IMG/VR virus record: IMGVR_UViG_3300042386_001233
Location: 62,001 to 126,000 of that record
DNA length: 64,000 nucleotides
Direction: 5' to 3' (one strand)
The number at the start of each line of letters is the position of its first letter. Position 1 is the stretch's first letter. The position numbers were made by a program, and so were the translations under genes. Shown here piece by piece: positions 39,088 through 49,100 of this stretch. Under the pieces are notes generated by a model. That model was not told the origin of the DNA and ran no database searches. It saw only the letters and a program-made list of their open reading frames with translations.

Positions 39088-40122
39088 TTAAGCCACTTTA
39101 TATTTTTTAAATATACTTGTATAACCAGATAAAGACTGCTTGCTTAAAATCTGGCATGTTTTTATTATGTTTTCACGCACGCTTTCGTTATTTTCTAAAT
39201 AGTATTTAGTTAAATTATAAATTTCGTTAATTTGTTCATCTAATAATGGAAATGTAAAAACGACAGGGTTTTTATACTCTAGTATTTTTTGGATGTGCAT
39301 AGTTTTATCACTATTACTTTCAAAAAATATACAAGGAGTTCCATTGAGAGATGCCATTATTGATGGATGAAATCGTCCAGAAATATAAACCTGAGCCATT
39401 TGTAGTTCTTTCATTCCCTGGTCTATATCACATTCTTTCGGTATTAATTCAAAGCCATGATCTTTAGCCAATTGTTCCATCCAATAATCTCCACCGCAGT
39501 TTTGCACTAATTTTACTTTTGCTAGTCCAGAAATCTTATCTATTAATTTTAAATATGATAATTTTTTATTTTCTATTTGATCATGATTAGGAGGAGATGA
39601 TCCCCCGCCCAGCAAAATATAATCTCCTGTTTTTATTCTGTGAGATTGCCAAGTAAACAACGCATCCGGGATATATGAATAGTCTAATTTGCTATCAATT
39701 AAATAACCCGAAATCGGATCTCTAATCACCAATTCACAACACTTAGACCAAGCTTTAAGTGCCCTATTATACGTTTCGTTATCAAAAGGAGTCTTTGGGC
39801 ATTTTGAAATCATTGCATTGACATATAAACATTTTTTGTTTATTTTGCCACAATATTCAATAACCATTAGATGTTTATCAAAATCATTCCTAATAGGAGA
39901 TCTAAATATTGGACTTCCTTCTCCATTAATTATTACTATGTCACATTCTTTTATATTTTTTTCTATTTTTGTAAAATCAGTTTTTATCAGTTCATTATTG
40001 CCAATCTTTAAAATTTTATCGGGTTTTAAAGCAGATTGTATTATTTGTAACAATGCTTTTGGAGTGGATCGACACCCCCAATTAAGCTGGTCTACATTAT
40101 ACCCTATATATAAAATTTTCAT
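39088..40122 (-). CDS. Polysaccharide pyruvyl transferase-like protein
   Basis: NWGC, IINGEG, IRDPIS, PDALF, ISGRFH..IMA...GTP. Confidence 0.8.
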   Translation of the reverse strand: MKILYIGYNVDQLNWGCRSTPKALLQIIQSALKPDKILKIGNNELIKTDFTKIEKNIKECDIVIINGEGSPIFRSPIRNDFDKHLMVIEYCGKINKKCLYVNAMISKCPKTPFDNETYNRALKAWSKCCELVIRDPISGYLIDSKLDYSYIPDALFTWQSHRIKTGDYILLGGGSSPPNHDQIENKKLSYLKLIDKISGLAKVKLVQNCGGDYWMEQLAKDHGFELIPKECDIDQGMKELQMAQVYISGRFHPSIMASLNGTPCIFFESNSDKTMHIQKILEYKNPVVFTFPLLDEQINEIYNLTKYYLENNESVRENIIKTCQILSKQSLSGYTSIFKKYKVA

Positions 40123-40943
40123 TTTCTTAAACTACCCCTCTTTATTTTTTCATTTTCAAATAATATTCTTGGACCAATAGGATATTTTGTAGAATTTTCT
40201 ATATCCCTAATGCCTTTTACTAACTTAAATACACCAGCAGGCTCCAAACTACTTAAATGGTCACTACCCCACATATTATGATTCAATGTAATGTGCCTCT
40301 CGATCCATTCTGCTCCTATTGCTACGGCAGCAAAAGTAGAAACTAATCCATATTCATGGCCACTATAACCTATTTCTTTATTTTTCCATTTATTTTTAAG
40401 CCATTTGATATAGTTTAAGTTTATTTCTTCTACCGGACAAGGATATGTACTATTAGTATGCATTATAATGTCTGGATTGCATTCGTTTATACATCTACTT
40501 ATTTCTTCTTCAGTGCTCATGCCCGTAGAGATTATAAGTGTTTTGAATTTATTTCTAACATATTTACACAAATCTAAGTCTGTGATAGAAGCAGATGCTA
40601 TCTTAGTAATGTCTGAGTATTTGCTCATGATTTCAGCGCTGGGTTTGTCCCATACACTAGCAAAAAAAATAATATTTTTATTGTCAGCGTATTCTTTAAT
40701 TTCTTTAATTTGTGCTTCTTCAAACTCTATCTTTTTTTTGTAGTCTAGATAAGACATGTCTCCCCAAGTAGTAGATCTAATTTTATTTTTTTGATTTTCT
40801 GGAACACAAAGCTCTGGAGTTCGTTTTTGAATTTTTACAAAATCACACCCAGCAATAGACGCTATGTCTATTAATTGTTTGCATATATTAGCATCGCCAT
40901 TATGATTAATGCCTATCTCGGCTATGATTTTAGTTTTAAACAA
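40119..40943 (-). CDS. neuB: N-acetylneuraminate/nonulosonate synthase (no SAF domain)
   Basis: IAEIGINHNG, VKIQKR, KIASA, STGMS, HTNSTYP, GYSGHE, IERHITL, GSDH. Confidence 0.95.
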   Translation of the reverse strand: MFKTKIIAEIGINHNGDANICKQLIDIASIAGCDFVKIQKRTPELCVPENQKNKIRSTTWGDMSYLDYKKKIEFEEAQIKEIKEYADNKNIIFFASVWDKPSAEIMSKYSDITKIASASITDLDLCKYVRNKFKTLIISTGMSTEEEISRCINECNPDIIMHTNSTYPCPVEEINLNYIKWLKNKWKNKEIGYSGHEYGLVSTFAAVAIGAEWIERHITLNHNMWGSDHLSSLEPAGVFKLVKGIRDIENSTKYPIGPRILFENEKIKRGSLRK

Positions 40944-41223
40944 GGGTATTGTCCCGTTCTGTCTCTATGGGTTCTAAAAATATTACTCCGCGCCTTGCTC
41001 CTGCGGCTTCTTCATTGTATCTGTAGACGTATTTGTCTTTGCCATATACTATATCAAAAAATTGGATGACTGGTGGGCCGAATCTACACATATACTCTGT
41101 TGTTATTCCTTCAAAACTTCCAGTTTCTAATAGTAAATCAGGCTTATGCTTTTCAATTAGTTTACTATATTCTGCTTGTAAGAAGTAATCTCCATTAAAA
41201 GGATTTAACCCTAATGTATTCAT
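40936..41223 (-). pseudogene. Internally deleted methyltransferase-like gene
   Basis: LLETGSFEGITT SAM-binding start joined directly to a terminal segment; the central DxH region is missing; only 95 aa. Confidence 0.5.
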
Positions 41224-41243
41224 GTGTTTAATTCCTTATTATT

Positions 41244-41963
41244 TTACTGTACTGTGTTTTTGAAAAATTTTAAACCTGTTATTAAACTATTTGGTGTGCC
41301 GTTATATACCGATACGCCTCTTTTTTCACACAATTCGCCATACTCACGGTATGAATTATTCATTTGATTCAGTATATTTTTTTGTCTTTCAAGATCTGAA
41401 TCGTTACAAACGCCTCCACGGCCCGTAAACCAAAACCACTCATTATACCCCATCCTAGACAAAACACTCTGAGATTCATCATAAAAATGTTTTGTTTCAC
41501 CAATATGGTTTACCCAACTATGATCTATTCCCATAACAAGTACTTGGTCAATGCTCTCTTGCTTAGCAACATAATAACCCATTTGCAAACCAATCTGAGC
41601 TATAGTTTCATAATGTCCCATGCGGTTTGGTATAGTTTCTGGGAATTGTCCATCATTATCCCAATAAATAACTTCATTATTTACAAATAAATTGTTATTT
41701 GTAACAATATGCTTATCCTTGATATGAATTAATACTTTTGTTTTTTTGTTTACACAAGTTTCACACTCTTTAAACCACGCAACTCCCATTTCATAAGTAA
41801 TAGGATGGTGCAAATGTCCAAAAATATGATACTTTACATTCATATTCTGAAATTCTGGGTGAACAAAAAAATTACTAATTGTAACACAAGGATTATCTTT
41901 TATTTTTTTTAAATCTTGGTCCTTAATAGATGGGCCGCAAGCAAATACATAGCAAGTTTTCAT
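41244..41963 (-). CDS. Maf/DUF115-like (nonulosonate) transferase
   Basis: CYVFACGPSI..DL, ISNF, MGIDHSW, HFY, VYNGTP.S. Confidence 0.65.
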   Translation of the reverse strand: MKTCYVFACGPSIKDQDLKKIKDNPCVTISNFFVHPEFQNMNVKYHIFGHLHHPITYEMGVAWFKECETCVNKKTKVLIHIKDKHIVTNNNLFVNNEVIYWDNDGQFPETIPNRMGHYETIAQIGLQMGYYVAKQESIDQVLVMGIDHSWVNHIGETKHFYDESQSVLSRMGYNEWFWFTGRGGVCNDSDLERQKNILNQMNNSYREYGELCEKRGVSVYNGTPNSLITGLKFFKNTVQ

Positions 41964-42038
41964 ATATAATATTTTTTATAAGTTTTTATTGTTTCGTTAA
42001 AGTAATCATCATATATTGTTTTTAATGGTAATATTTCA

Positions 42039-42110
42039 TTATACATACTCAATGATGTATACTCTTGATGCATTACAACATTTCGCAATTATCAACAAAT
42101 AGTACTTCAT
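42039..42110 (-). pseudogene. 23-aa scar-like mini-ORF
   Basis: MKYYLLIIAKCCNASRVYIIEYV; ATGA overlap with the epimerase stop. Confidence 0.3.
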
Positions 42111-42958
42111 TTATGCCTCATGTGAAACTTAATTGTTTTGGACAGCCCATAATCCATATCAGTGTAATCAAATTTAAAGTTAGTATTTTTTGGAGAGTTA
42201 GCCGAAACAATTTGTTTTGAATTGTTGTATTTTATATCTATGCTCCTATTCATCTTATCCATAATAAGTTCATGTAGATTTTTTATTGTTATTGTATTCT
42301 TTGTATTAAAAACTATCTTATTACAATACACATTATTGTTTAAAAGGTGTTCTACTATTTTCAATATGTCATCTATGTATAATAAGTTAACTTGAGTTTT
42401 TTCATTACAATCAACAAATACTTTATCGTAGTTAGAAATCTTAAATATGGAAGCAGGAACAATCCTACTTTGTTCGCTAAATAAATCGTGCTCTCCATAG
42501 GCATTAGTCAAAAAAAGACACAATATCTTTATTTGTTCGGAGTAAGCTTTGATATAATAGTCTAAAACTTTCTTTGATAACAAATACCCAGAGTTGTTTT
42601 TTATCTCTGATAGATGAACATCACTTTCACTATATTGTTCGGCATCTCCGAAAACTCTGTATGTTGAAAATACTACTAATTTTGTTTTGAATTTTGAGCA
42701 CACAGAAAAAACATTGTGTAGAATTTTGTTGTTTCTTTCAAATATTTCTAAGTCATCAATATTACCTATGGAACTGCCGACCACTCCAGCACAGTTGATA
42801 ACGACTGTTGGCCTTATGCTATTAAGGTAAACAAACAATTCTTCATAATTTTCTAAGTTCAGATTGTCATTATAAAATACTTGGGAGTTGAATTTGCTTA
42901 TGAAATTCTTGCCAAAAAAGCCCCTTGATCCCAATATTAAAACTTTTTCTGCGTTCAT
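42107..42958 (-). CDS. NAD-dependent epimerase/reductase (GDP-L-fucose synthase-like SDR)
   Basis: GSRGFFG, VINCAGVVG, YLLSK, TNAYGEHD. Confidence 0.85.
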   Translation of the reverse strand: MNAEKVLILGSRGFFGKNFISKFNSQVFYNDNLNLENYEELFVYLNSIRPTVVINCAGVVGSSIGNIDDLEIFERNNKILHNVFSVCSKFKTKLVVFSTYRVFGDAEQYSESDVHLSEIKNNSGYLLSKKVLDYYIKAYSEQIKILCLFLTNAYGEHDLFSEQSRIVPASIFKISNYDKVFVDCNEKTQVNLLYIDDILKIVEHLLNNNVYCNKIVFNTKNTITIKNLHELIMDKMNRSIDIKYNNSKQIVSANSPKNTNFKFDYTDMDYGLSKTIKFHMRHK

Positions 42959-43674
42959 GTCTTTATAGCAAAAGCTACTCCGTAACCAATCTCAGTAAAA
43001 CAATAATCAGTTAAGTTATTATGTTTGCTTATTACAGATTTCCATACATCTAATAAATAGCGGTGTTGAGGATGAGATATGTCATCAAAAACAAGAACTC
43101 CACCCACAGAAAGATAAGGTATAACATCTTCTAAATCTTTGGTTGCCCCCTCCGCAGAGTGATCTCCGTCTACGGTAATTAAATCAAATTTCAAATCTGA
43201 ATTTGTATTAAAAAAAGACGGTAATGTTTCATGACTGTTGCCGTTGATAAAATGAACTTTGCCACAATGTTCATGACGAGATAATTCTTGTTGTACAAAA
43301 TTTGATCCGGGATTATCCATATTGGCATAATTAGACACCCACATATCAAAAGCACAAATATCAACCGAAGGACATCCTCTTACAACAGTGCACGCAGACC
43401 GACCACGACGAACCCCTATTTCTAAATAATTTTTTGGCTTTAAAACTTTAGAAGCAGAGTATAATACATTGATAATATCCAAATAGAACCAATTTTTTCC
43501 ATAAAGATTAATACATTTGTTATACCATCTGTCAAGATATTTAACATAATCGTCTGTTGCTAATTGACGATGAAAAGATAGAATCTCTTGCCATGTTTCA
43601 TGGCTAGATGCTATATTAACCAAAGTAGCAGGATTCAAAAAAGCTTCACCGTAAAATTTTTTAGTCATATTCAT
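42955..43674 (-). CDS. Class I SAM methyltransferase (Methyltransf_24)
   Basis: YLEIGVRRGRS, FDLITVDGDHS, GGVLVFDD. Confidence 0.9.
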   Translation of the reverse strand: MNMTKKFYGEAFLNPATLVNIASSHETWQEILSFHRQLATDDYVKYLDRWYNKCINLYGKNWFYLDIINVLYSASKVLKPKNYLEIGVRRGRSACTVVRGCPSVDICAFDMWVSNYANMDNPGSNFVQQELSRHEHCGKVHFINGNSHETLPSFFNTNSDLKFDLITVDGDHSAEGATKDLEDVIPYLSVGGVLVFDDISHPQHRYLLDVWKSVISKHNNLTDYCFTEIGYGVAFAIKT

Positions 43675-43711
43675 TTCCTTTAAGAAATCTTCTATCGTTC
43701 CAAGAACTCAT
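43661..43711 (-). pseudogene. 16-aa scar-like mini-ORF
   Basis: MSSWNDRRFLKGNEYD; TGATG coupling upstream and overlap with the next ATG. Confidence 0.3.
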
Positions 43712-44421
43712 CAACATTTCTCCTTTGTCAAAAATTCTTCAATTGTAATCAAATTCAAGTAATAATTTCTTTTTGCGGCAAATTTATTGAACTCATAAAA
43801 AGGATTATCAAATTCGCAACACTTTTGACTTCCTTTTTTTATTATGCCCACCCCCATATCTTCGGTGTTCACAGAGTACATCTCTAAATCTGGTCTTGTT
43901 ACTCTCATCTTGTAGAAAGTTTTCCAAACAGTTCCATTCCAATATCCCAAATTAAAACCATAAGTGACTTTGTCAAATTGATTTGTTGAGACTTTGTACT
44001 GATAATCTTCTCGGGCAGTATGAATAGTTGCTGGATTTATGTCGTGAACTACAATTATCCCAGACGGACTCAGGTGGTTTAAGGAATTTAGTATGTCTTT
44101 TTCAACTTGCTCAGCAAGATGCAAGCCGTCAATAAATATTATGTCCCACTTATAATCTTTGTTTAAGTCCAAAGAACCCATATCAAGTAATTCAAAGAAT
44201 TTATCTGATGTAAATTTGTATGTTATTTTGTGATATTCTTCTGCAATTTTAGGATCATAATATTTTTCGTGTCCAGGGTCCACGGAATGTTTTGTGGGAC
44301 ATTCTATTTTATTAAAACATTCATCCGGTATTCTGACCCCTATTTCTAGATAGTTTTTGAATTTTTTGGTTTTTATCAAGTAATTTATTATATCATTTCT
44401 CCACATCACAATTGCCTCCAA
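43711..44421 (-). CDS. Class I SAM methyltransferase (Methyltransf_24)
   Basis: YLEIGV, SVDP, DIIFIDGLH, IVVHD, WNGTVWK. Confidence 0.9.
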   Translation of the reverse strand: MEAIVMWRNDIINYLIKTKKFKNYLEIGVRIPDECFNKIECPTKHSVDPGHEKYYDPKIAEEYHKITYKFTSDKFFELLDMGSLDLNKDYKWDIIFIDGLHLAEQVEKDILNSLNHLSPSGIIVVHDINPATIHTAREDYQYKVSTNQFDKVTYGFNLGYWNGTVWKTFYKMRVTRPDLEMYSVNTEDMGVGIIKKGSQKCCEFDNPFYEFNKFAAKRNYYLNLITIEEFLTKEKC

Positions 44422-45316
44422 AGATATTGTAGAACATAGTTCCTGGTTTTATTTTTAACTTCATATCAGTATTAATGTATAATTTTGCATTGTTCTTATC
44501 CATCATCTCTCTGTGTAGGTTTATATGGTCATTATCGTCTGTTGGTTCTGAAAAATTTCTGGCATCAACACCTACATTGCATTTGCTGTCTTGACAAATT
44601 CCACACTTGTGCAAGCCCAAGTAGCTGCAACCCTTCATGCTCTTTAATCTGTATAGTCCCATGCCATTGAAACAAGACTGAACTGGTACTAGTTTGTCAT
44701 TTGATCTAGACGCTTCAAATATAATTTTACTGAATGTCTTTGTGTGTTGTCTGTAGTCCTGCTTCGGATAATAGCAAGTAGAAAAAACATTATTGGCAAA
44801 ATACGAGTCTTTGTGTCTTAATGCCCAGTAATCAAAGTAGTAAAAATCTTCATTGATACAACCCATCATGTCCCATTCATCAAGATCGTATTGAAAGCAT
44901 GTTAAAATTCCATCAATGCTTATCTCCCAAAAAACTTCATCTAAATCACAGTGCAAAGCATACTCATAAGTATTTTCTAGGCTGTTTTCAAATATGTATT
45001 TTAGAATAGAGTTTCTACAATAAGCTAATCTTTGTGTTCTAGAAGGCATTGTGTTTGCTAGACCATCTTCCAAGATGATGTGTTTTTTTATTTTGCTGCT
45101 ACTTTTTTTCCAATCTTTTAGTAGATTTCTTGTTTTGTCTGATGAATCATTTTCAAAAATAATGCACAGTACATTATCAAAAACATCAGATATCTTGTCA
45201 ATATTTGAAAAAGACTTTGCGAAATGTTCTTCTATGTTCCTTATTGAACCATAGATGATCAAGTTTGTTTTTTTAACCTTGTTTTTAGCTTCGTCTGGAG
45301 ATGATATTTTTTTCAT
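44393..45316 (-). CDS. GT-A glycosyltransferase (CAP59/GT69-like)
   Basis: IFENDSSDKT, RLAYCRN, DLD, DYWALR, VQSCFNG, H. Confidence 0.75.
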   Translation of the reverse strand: MKKISSPDEAKNKVKKTNLIIYGSIRNIEEHFAKSFSNIDKISDVFDNVLCIIFENDSSDKTRNLLKDWKKSSSKIKKHIILEDGLANTMPSRTQRLAYCRNSILKYIFENSLENTYEYALHCDLDEVFWEISIDGILTCFQYDLDEWDMMGCINEDFYYFDYWALRHKDSYFANNVFSTCYYPKQDYRQHTKTFSKIIFEASRSNDKLVPVQSCFNGMGLYRLKSMKGCSYLGLHKCGICQDSKCNVGVDARNFSEPTDDNDHINLHREMMDKNNAKLYINTDMKLKIKPGTMFYNIFGGNCDVEK

Positions 45317-45347
45317 ATTTGTAGATTAGAAACCCATGTTTTTCTGC

Positions 45348-46157
45348 TTATGTTGAGAAATATTGGATTACTTTATTGTTAAAACTTTCTTTTCTATTGT
45401 ACTGATGAATAATTGAATACACCTTATTCAGATTGTCTGTGATTTTGATTCCGTCAATATTAATTCCATGACTATTGATTAGCTTATCAGAAAAACCAAA
45501 ACCAGCAGCTAACATCAGGCTAAAATTACTAGGAGCAAATTGATAGTTATAAGGATAAGGATATTGTTTAGAATAGATTATTTTCATTAATATTCCTTGG
45601 TCTGATCCGGTAAAACAACGATGTGTCTTATCGTGTTCAGAAACAATTAGACTACAAATAATATCTAAAGAAGTTTTGTCTCCTGCAATTATACCACTAT
45701 TAATTATTGGCTCTTCTATAAAACGATCTGCTATCTCATAACCATAAACATTTTTAATAATGTCATAATTCCACTGTATATCTTTAATTAAAGCATTTTC
45801 AGACGACAAAACCAACCCAGATTGATACGTTTCTAAGTCTAAGAAAGGATCTTTTTGCAAATAAACATCTGTGCAATCACTCAGTATTATATGGTGATAC
45901 GTAGTTTGACTAAGGTATTCTTTATATGCTTGAAATCTATCTATATAAAGGCTATCGATTTGTTTCTTGATTTTGACAATTGAAACATCGTAATCTTTTG
46001 CAAATTCTTTTATCTCTTCTCCCGAACCATCGTCAGAAGCATCTAGCAGAACAGTATCAAAGCTTTTATTTTTTAAGGAATAAGAGCTCTTTATAAACAC
46101 CTTTATTCCTTCAAGAGATTTTACGTTATAAAAATAACCAATTAATAAGTTTTTCAT
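45348..46157 (-). CDS. GT-A glycosyltransferase
   Basis: RF..Y, LSDCTDVYLQKDPF, INSGIIAG, DQG, HQYNR. Confidence 0.75.
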   Translation of the reverse strand: MKNLLIGYFYNVKSLEGIKVFIKSSYSLKNKSFDTVLLDASDDGSGEEIKEFAKDYDVSIVKIKKQIDSLYIDRFQAYKEYLSQTTYHHIILSDCTDVYLQKDPFLDLETYQSGLVLSSENALIKDIQWNYDIIKNVYGYEIADRFIEEPIINSGIIAGDKTSLDIICSLIVSEHDKTHRCFTGSDQGILMKIIYSKQYPYPYNYQFAPSNFSLMLAAGFGFSDKLINSHGINIDGIKITDNLNKVYSIIHQYNRKESFNNKVIQYFST

Positions 46158-46789
46158 AGTTTACCAATCCAATTATTTAAAAATTGATTTATAACCCTTG
46201 TTCTATTGTGTAGATAAATTCCCCAGTATTTATTATTTTTTTGTGATTCCTCCAAAGAAAACTCTGGCATACTTTGGGAAAGATCATATGTCCGAATATC
46301 CAAGTTTTTTTCCTCTTCTATCGTACTTTTACATAAATTACAGTTTAGTATAAGATGCATTTCAAATTTAAGCTTGGGATTTTTTCTAGTTAAAAATTGA
46401 TAAATGTTTTTTGACAACTTTATTTCATCTAGTTGCTCTGGTGTTGGCTTTGTTTTTAAAGAGGAACAATCAAAATGATGGTTAGAAGAATGGCCCAGCC
46501 TAATGAAAAGTAACTCATCGTTAACGGAATCTATTAATTGAAACAATCTCTCAATTCTTCTTTCATATTTTGTAATGTCTTTAGGAAAAGAATCATGCAT
46601 AAAGCGAATATAGTCGGTAGAACTTTCTCCATCGTTAGGGAAAAAATTATCGAACTTATTTTCCAATAAAATATCTATTCCATAGTAAGAAACTACCCAA
46701 TCAAAAGGATACGCTTCTTGTCTTATATTTTTATCTTTAAAATAACTGGCTAAAGAACAGTCTACGCCTAAAGATACTATGTGTTTCAT
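46154..46789 (-). CDS. DUF1796 putative papain-like cysteine peptidase
   Basis: SLGVDC, R..AYPFDW, F.H, KYERRIERL, LFIR. Confidence 0.8.
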   Translation of the reverse strand: MKHIVSLGVDCSLASYFKDKNIRQEAYPFDWVVSYYGIDILLENKFDNFFPNDGESSTDYIRFMHDSFPKDITKYERRIERLFQLIDSVNDELLFIRLGHSSNHHFDCSSLKTKPTPEQLDEIKLSKNIYQFLTRKNPKLKFEMHLILNCNLCKSTIEEEKNLDIRTYDLSQSMPEFSLEESQKNNKYWGIYLHNRTRVINQFLNNWIGKL

Positions 46790-46803
46790 TTATAAATACC
46801 TGC

Positions 46804-47064
46804 TTAAGCTGGTGGTGCTGGTAGGGCCGTTCTTGTACAATTGCCACCCTCATTAACAAAACAATACGCATCACCATTACTAAAAACAGTAAAACCTAAC
46901 ATCTGAGCCACGGTCTTAAATTCTTCTGAAACATCCTCATACTTGGTGGGACGATAAACAACCGCACCATTCATCCCAAGAAAAGTAAGATATCTTCTCA
47001 CTGTATAACTAGTATCTTTTGGGATCTTAAAACCATCACTCTTGGTATATTCATCTTCTGTCAT
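46804..47064 (-). CDS. Hypothetical protein
   Basis: 86-aa ORF with ATGA coupling. Confidence 0.5.
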   Translation of the reverse strand: MTEDEYTKSDGFKIPKDTSYTVRRYLTFLGMNGAVVYRPTKYEDVSEEFKTVAQMLGFTVFSNGDAYCFVNEGGNCTRTALPAPPA

Positions 47065-48116
47065 AAAACTTCCTTTGGTAATAGGCTTACATAATAGCTT
47101 TTAAATTGTTCTTTAAAAGAATCACACTGCCCTAGCGCCGACAAGAAAGACTCAAGCATTCCTTGTTTATTTTTTGGATTGGTATTTTTTTGCCACCATT
47201 TCCATGCGTTCAAAGAAATGAAATCATAAAACTCTCTATCTTGAAGCTTAGCATATGCGTCTACAAAAGACGACGGGCTTTGTAAATCAAATGCCACATA
47301 ATGATAATCAGGAATCAGCGGGTCGGCATATCCGATCTCAAACTTGGGAGATATACACGGAATACATTGGGCAAAATATTCATATTCTCTGTAGCAGGCG
47401 AGTCCCAGGCCGGGAAGAGTTAATCCTATTCTAGATCTAGATAGTTTTTCTTGGTAGTCTTGATACATTTTTTGAATAATAATATCTGCATAAACCAAGC
47501 CCTCAATACCTTTTGTTAAACCAAAAGGAACTGAACATAGACCAATATAAGACATCGGAGGAAAATATTTTTCAAGTAATCTGCAACTCTCTGAGCGTAC
47601 CATACCAGTATCTCTATTTGTTCTATCTGTTCCAGTGAATATTAAGTTTATATCTTTGTCAAAATTAGAAATCCAATTTTCACATGGCTTTGTTTTCCAT
47701 CTTCCATATTCCCAGGCGTGTCCAACCCATGGTACAACCTTATGTCTACAGCCTCCTAAAGTTTTACTTTTTTCATCATTGTCAATTCCTATACCTTTGT
47801 TATTATAAAAGCCTTCTTTCTCTCTATACGCATATTTAACAATAAACCAAGCATCAAAGTCATTTATAGCCGGAGTAATATAAGAAGTCTCTCTTTCATC
47901 TATTACAATAGGTTTACATCCCTCTATTCTGATAATAGTATAATGTTGACCGTGTGGATTCCCAAATTGTTCTTTTACGCATGGTCTGGAGTTGAGAGAG
48001 ATTTTCCAGTCTAGTTTTGACTCTAGTTCTTTAAAAAGTATACGGTACATCCAATCTACATAAGGGAAAAAAGTATTCTCTGCTGATCCCCTCATTGCTT
48101 GAATAGTAACGTTCAT
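47061..48116 (-). CDS. GT-B glycosyltransferase-like protein
   Basis: YQEKLSRSRIGLTLPGLG..CYREYE..LIPDYHYV. Confidence 0.65.
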   Translation of the reverse strand: MNVTIQAMRGSAENTFFPYVDWMYRILFKELESKLDWKISLNSRPCVKEQFGNPHGQHYTIIRIEGCKPIVIDERETSYITPAINDFDAWFIVKYAYREKEGFYNNKGIGIDNDEKSKTLGGCRHKVVPWVGHAWEYGRWKTKPCENWISNFDKDINLIFTGTDRTNRDTGMVRSESCRLLEKYFPPMSYIGLCSVPFGLTKGIEGLVYADIIIQKMYQDYQEKLSRSRIGLTLPGLGLACYREYEYFAQCIPCISPKFEIGYADPLIPDYHYVAFDLQSPSSFVDAYAKLQDREFYDFISLNAWKWWQKNTNPKNKQGMLESFLSALGQCDSFKEQFKSYYVSLLPKEVL

Positions 48117-48838
48117 TTAGTAATCTCCTTCAGAATACCAGTTTTATAGTATTCTCTAATAGCTTGGGCATAATCAGCCTTAGGAGGATCTCCTCCTTTA
48201 TAATATTTATTTCTTAGGTCAATGGGGTGCCATTGATGATAAAGGTCTGTGTCTGTTTCTCGAAACACTTTTAATCCATTTTTAATACAATTGTAAAGGA
48301 ATATAGTATCTTCTCCACCCCAACAATTCATAGAAATCCAAGGTGGCAACTTCAATAGATCTTTATGCCTAATCCATAAGTTACCCACACTCTCTAAAAC
48401 CTTATGTCCATTCAACCCATCTTCTGCCAAAAAATATGGAGCAAAAAACCCGACAGCATTGTCCGTGTTAAATCTAGCCTCTATACGCTCAATAAAAGAC
48501 TTTGTTACTATCACATCAACATCTAAATAGACTAAAAAGTCATCTTCAGTAAACAAATCACGAGAATAATTTAGACCCTCCCCCTTATCAAAAAATTCCG
48601 AATTTGTTTGAATTATCTCATAGTCTAGTTTGTCTTTTAATTTATTGGGCATCCAGTCGTATAAAGGATAGTCGTCAGAATGAAAATCATAAACATAAAG
48701 CTTATAATTAAATGAAGAGCTTGAGATAGCATTTATTATAGAATCTATACAATTAGGATAAAGATACAGCGTTTGCTGCCCATCTATTATCTTAGATCTA
48801 TTTTTAATAACTTGAAATATATTAATAGTCTGTGTCAT
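48113..48838 (-). CDS. GT2/GT7-like glycosyltransferase
   Basis: DFHSDD, GLN, YLDVD, WGGED, HQWH. Confidence 0.8.
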   Translation of the reverse strand: MTQTINIFQVIKNRSKIIDGQQTLYLYPNCIDSIINAISSSSFNYKLYVYDFHSDDYPLYDWMPNKLKDKLDYEIIQTNSEFFDKGEGLNYSRDLFTEDDFLVYLDVDVIVTKSFIERIEARFNTDNAVGFFAPYFLAEDGLNGHKVLESVGNLWIRHKDLLKLPPWISMNCWGGEDTIFLYNCIKNGLKVFRETDTDLYHQWHPIDLRNKYYKGGDPPKADYAQAIREYYKTGILKEITK

Positions 48839-48841
48839 AAA

Positions 48842-49090
48842 TTACCAATTATAACGAACCCAACTACCAAGAAAATCTGAGGTTTTATTTTTGATACTTT
48901 CAATTTCATTTAATAGCGTTGATTCTACTCTTTCAATCTTTAATATCTTTTCTACTAATTCGCCATTCTGTGTTTCTAGTCTCATTATGACCTGAAAACA
49001 CAAAGAAAGCATCCTTTGGATTTCAGCATCCTGTTCTGTATTATTTGTTGGCTTATAATTTTCTAATAACTTTTTTATATCTTCGTACAT
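48842..49090 (-). CDS. Small coiled-coil protein
   Basis: 82 aa with heptad pattern. Confidence 0.5.
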   Translation of the reverse strand: MYEDIKKLLENYKPTNNTEQDAEIQRMLSLCFQVIMRLETQNGELVEKILKIERVESTLLNEIESIKNKTSDFLGSWVRYNW

Positions 49091-49100
49091 AATTGACTCC

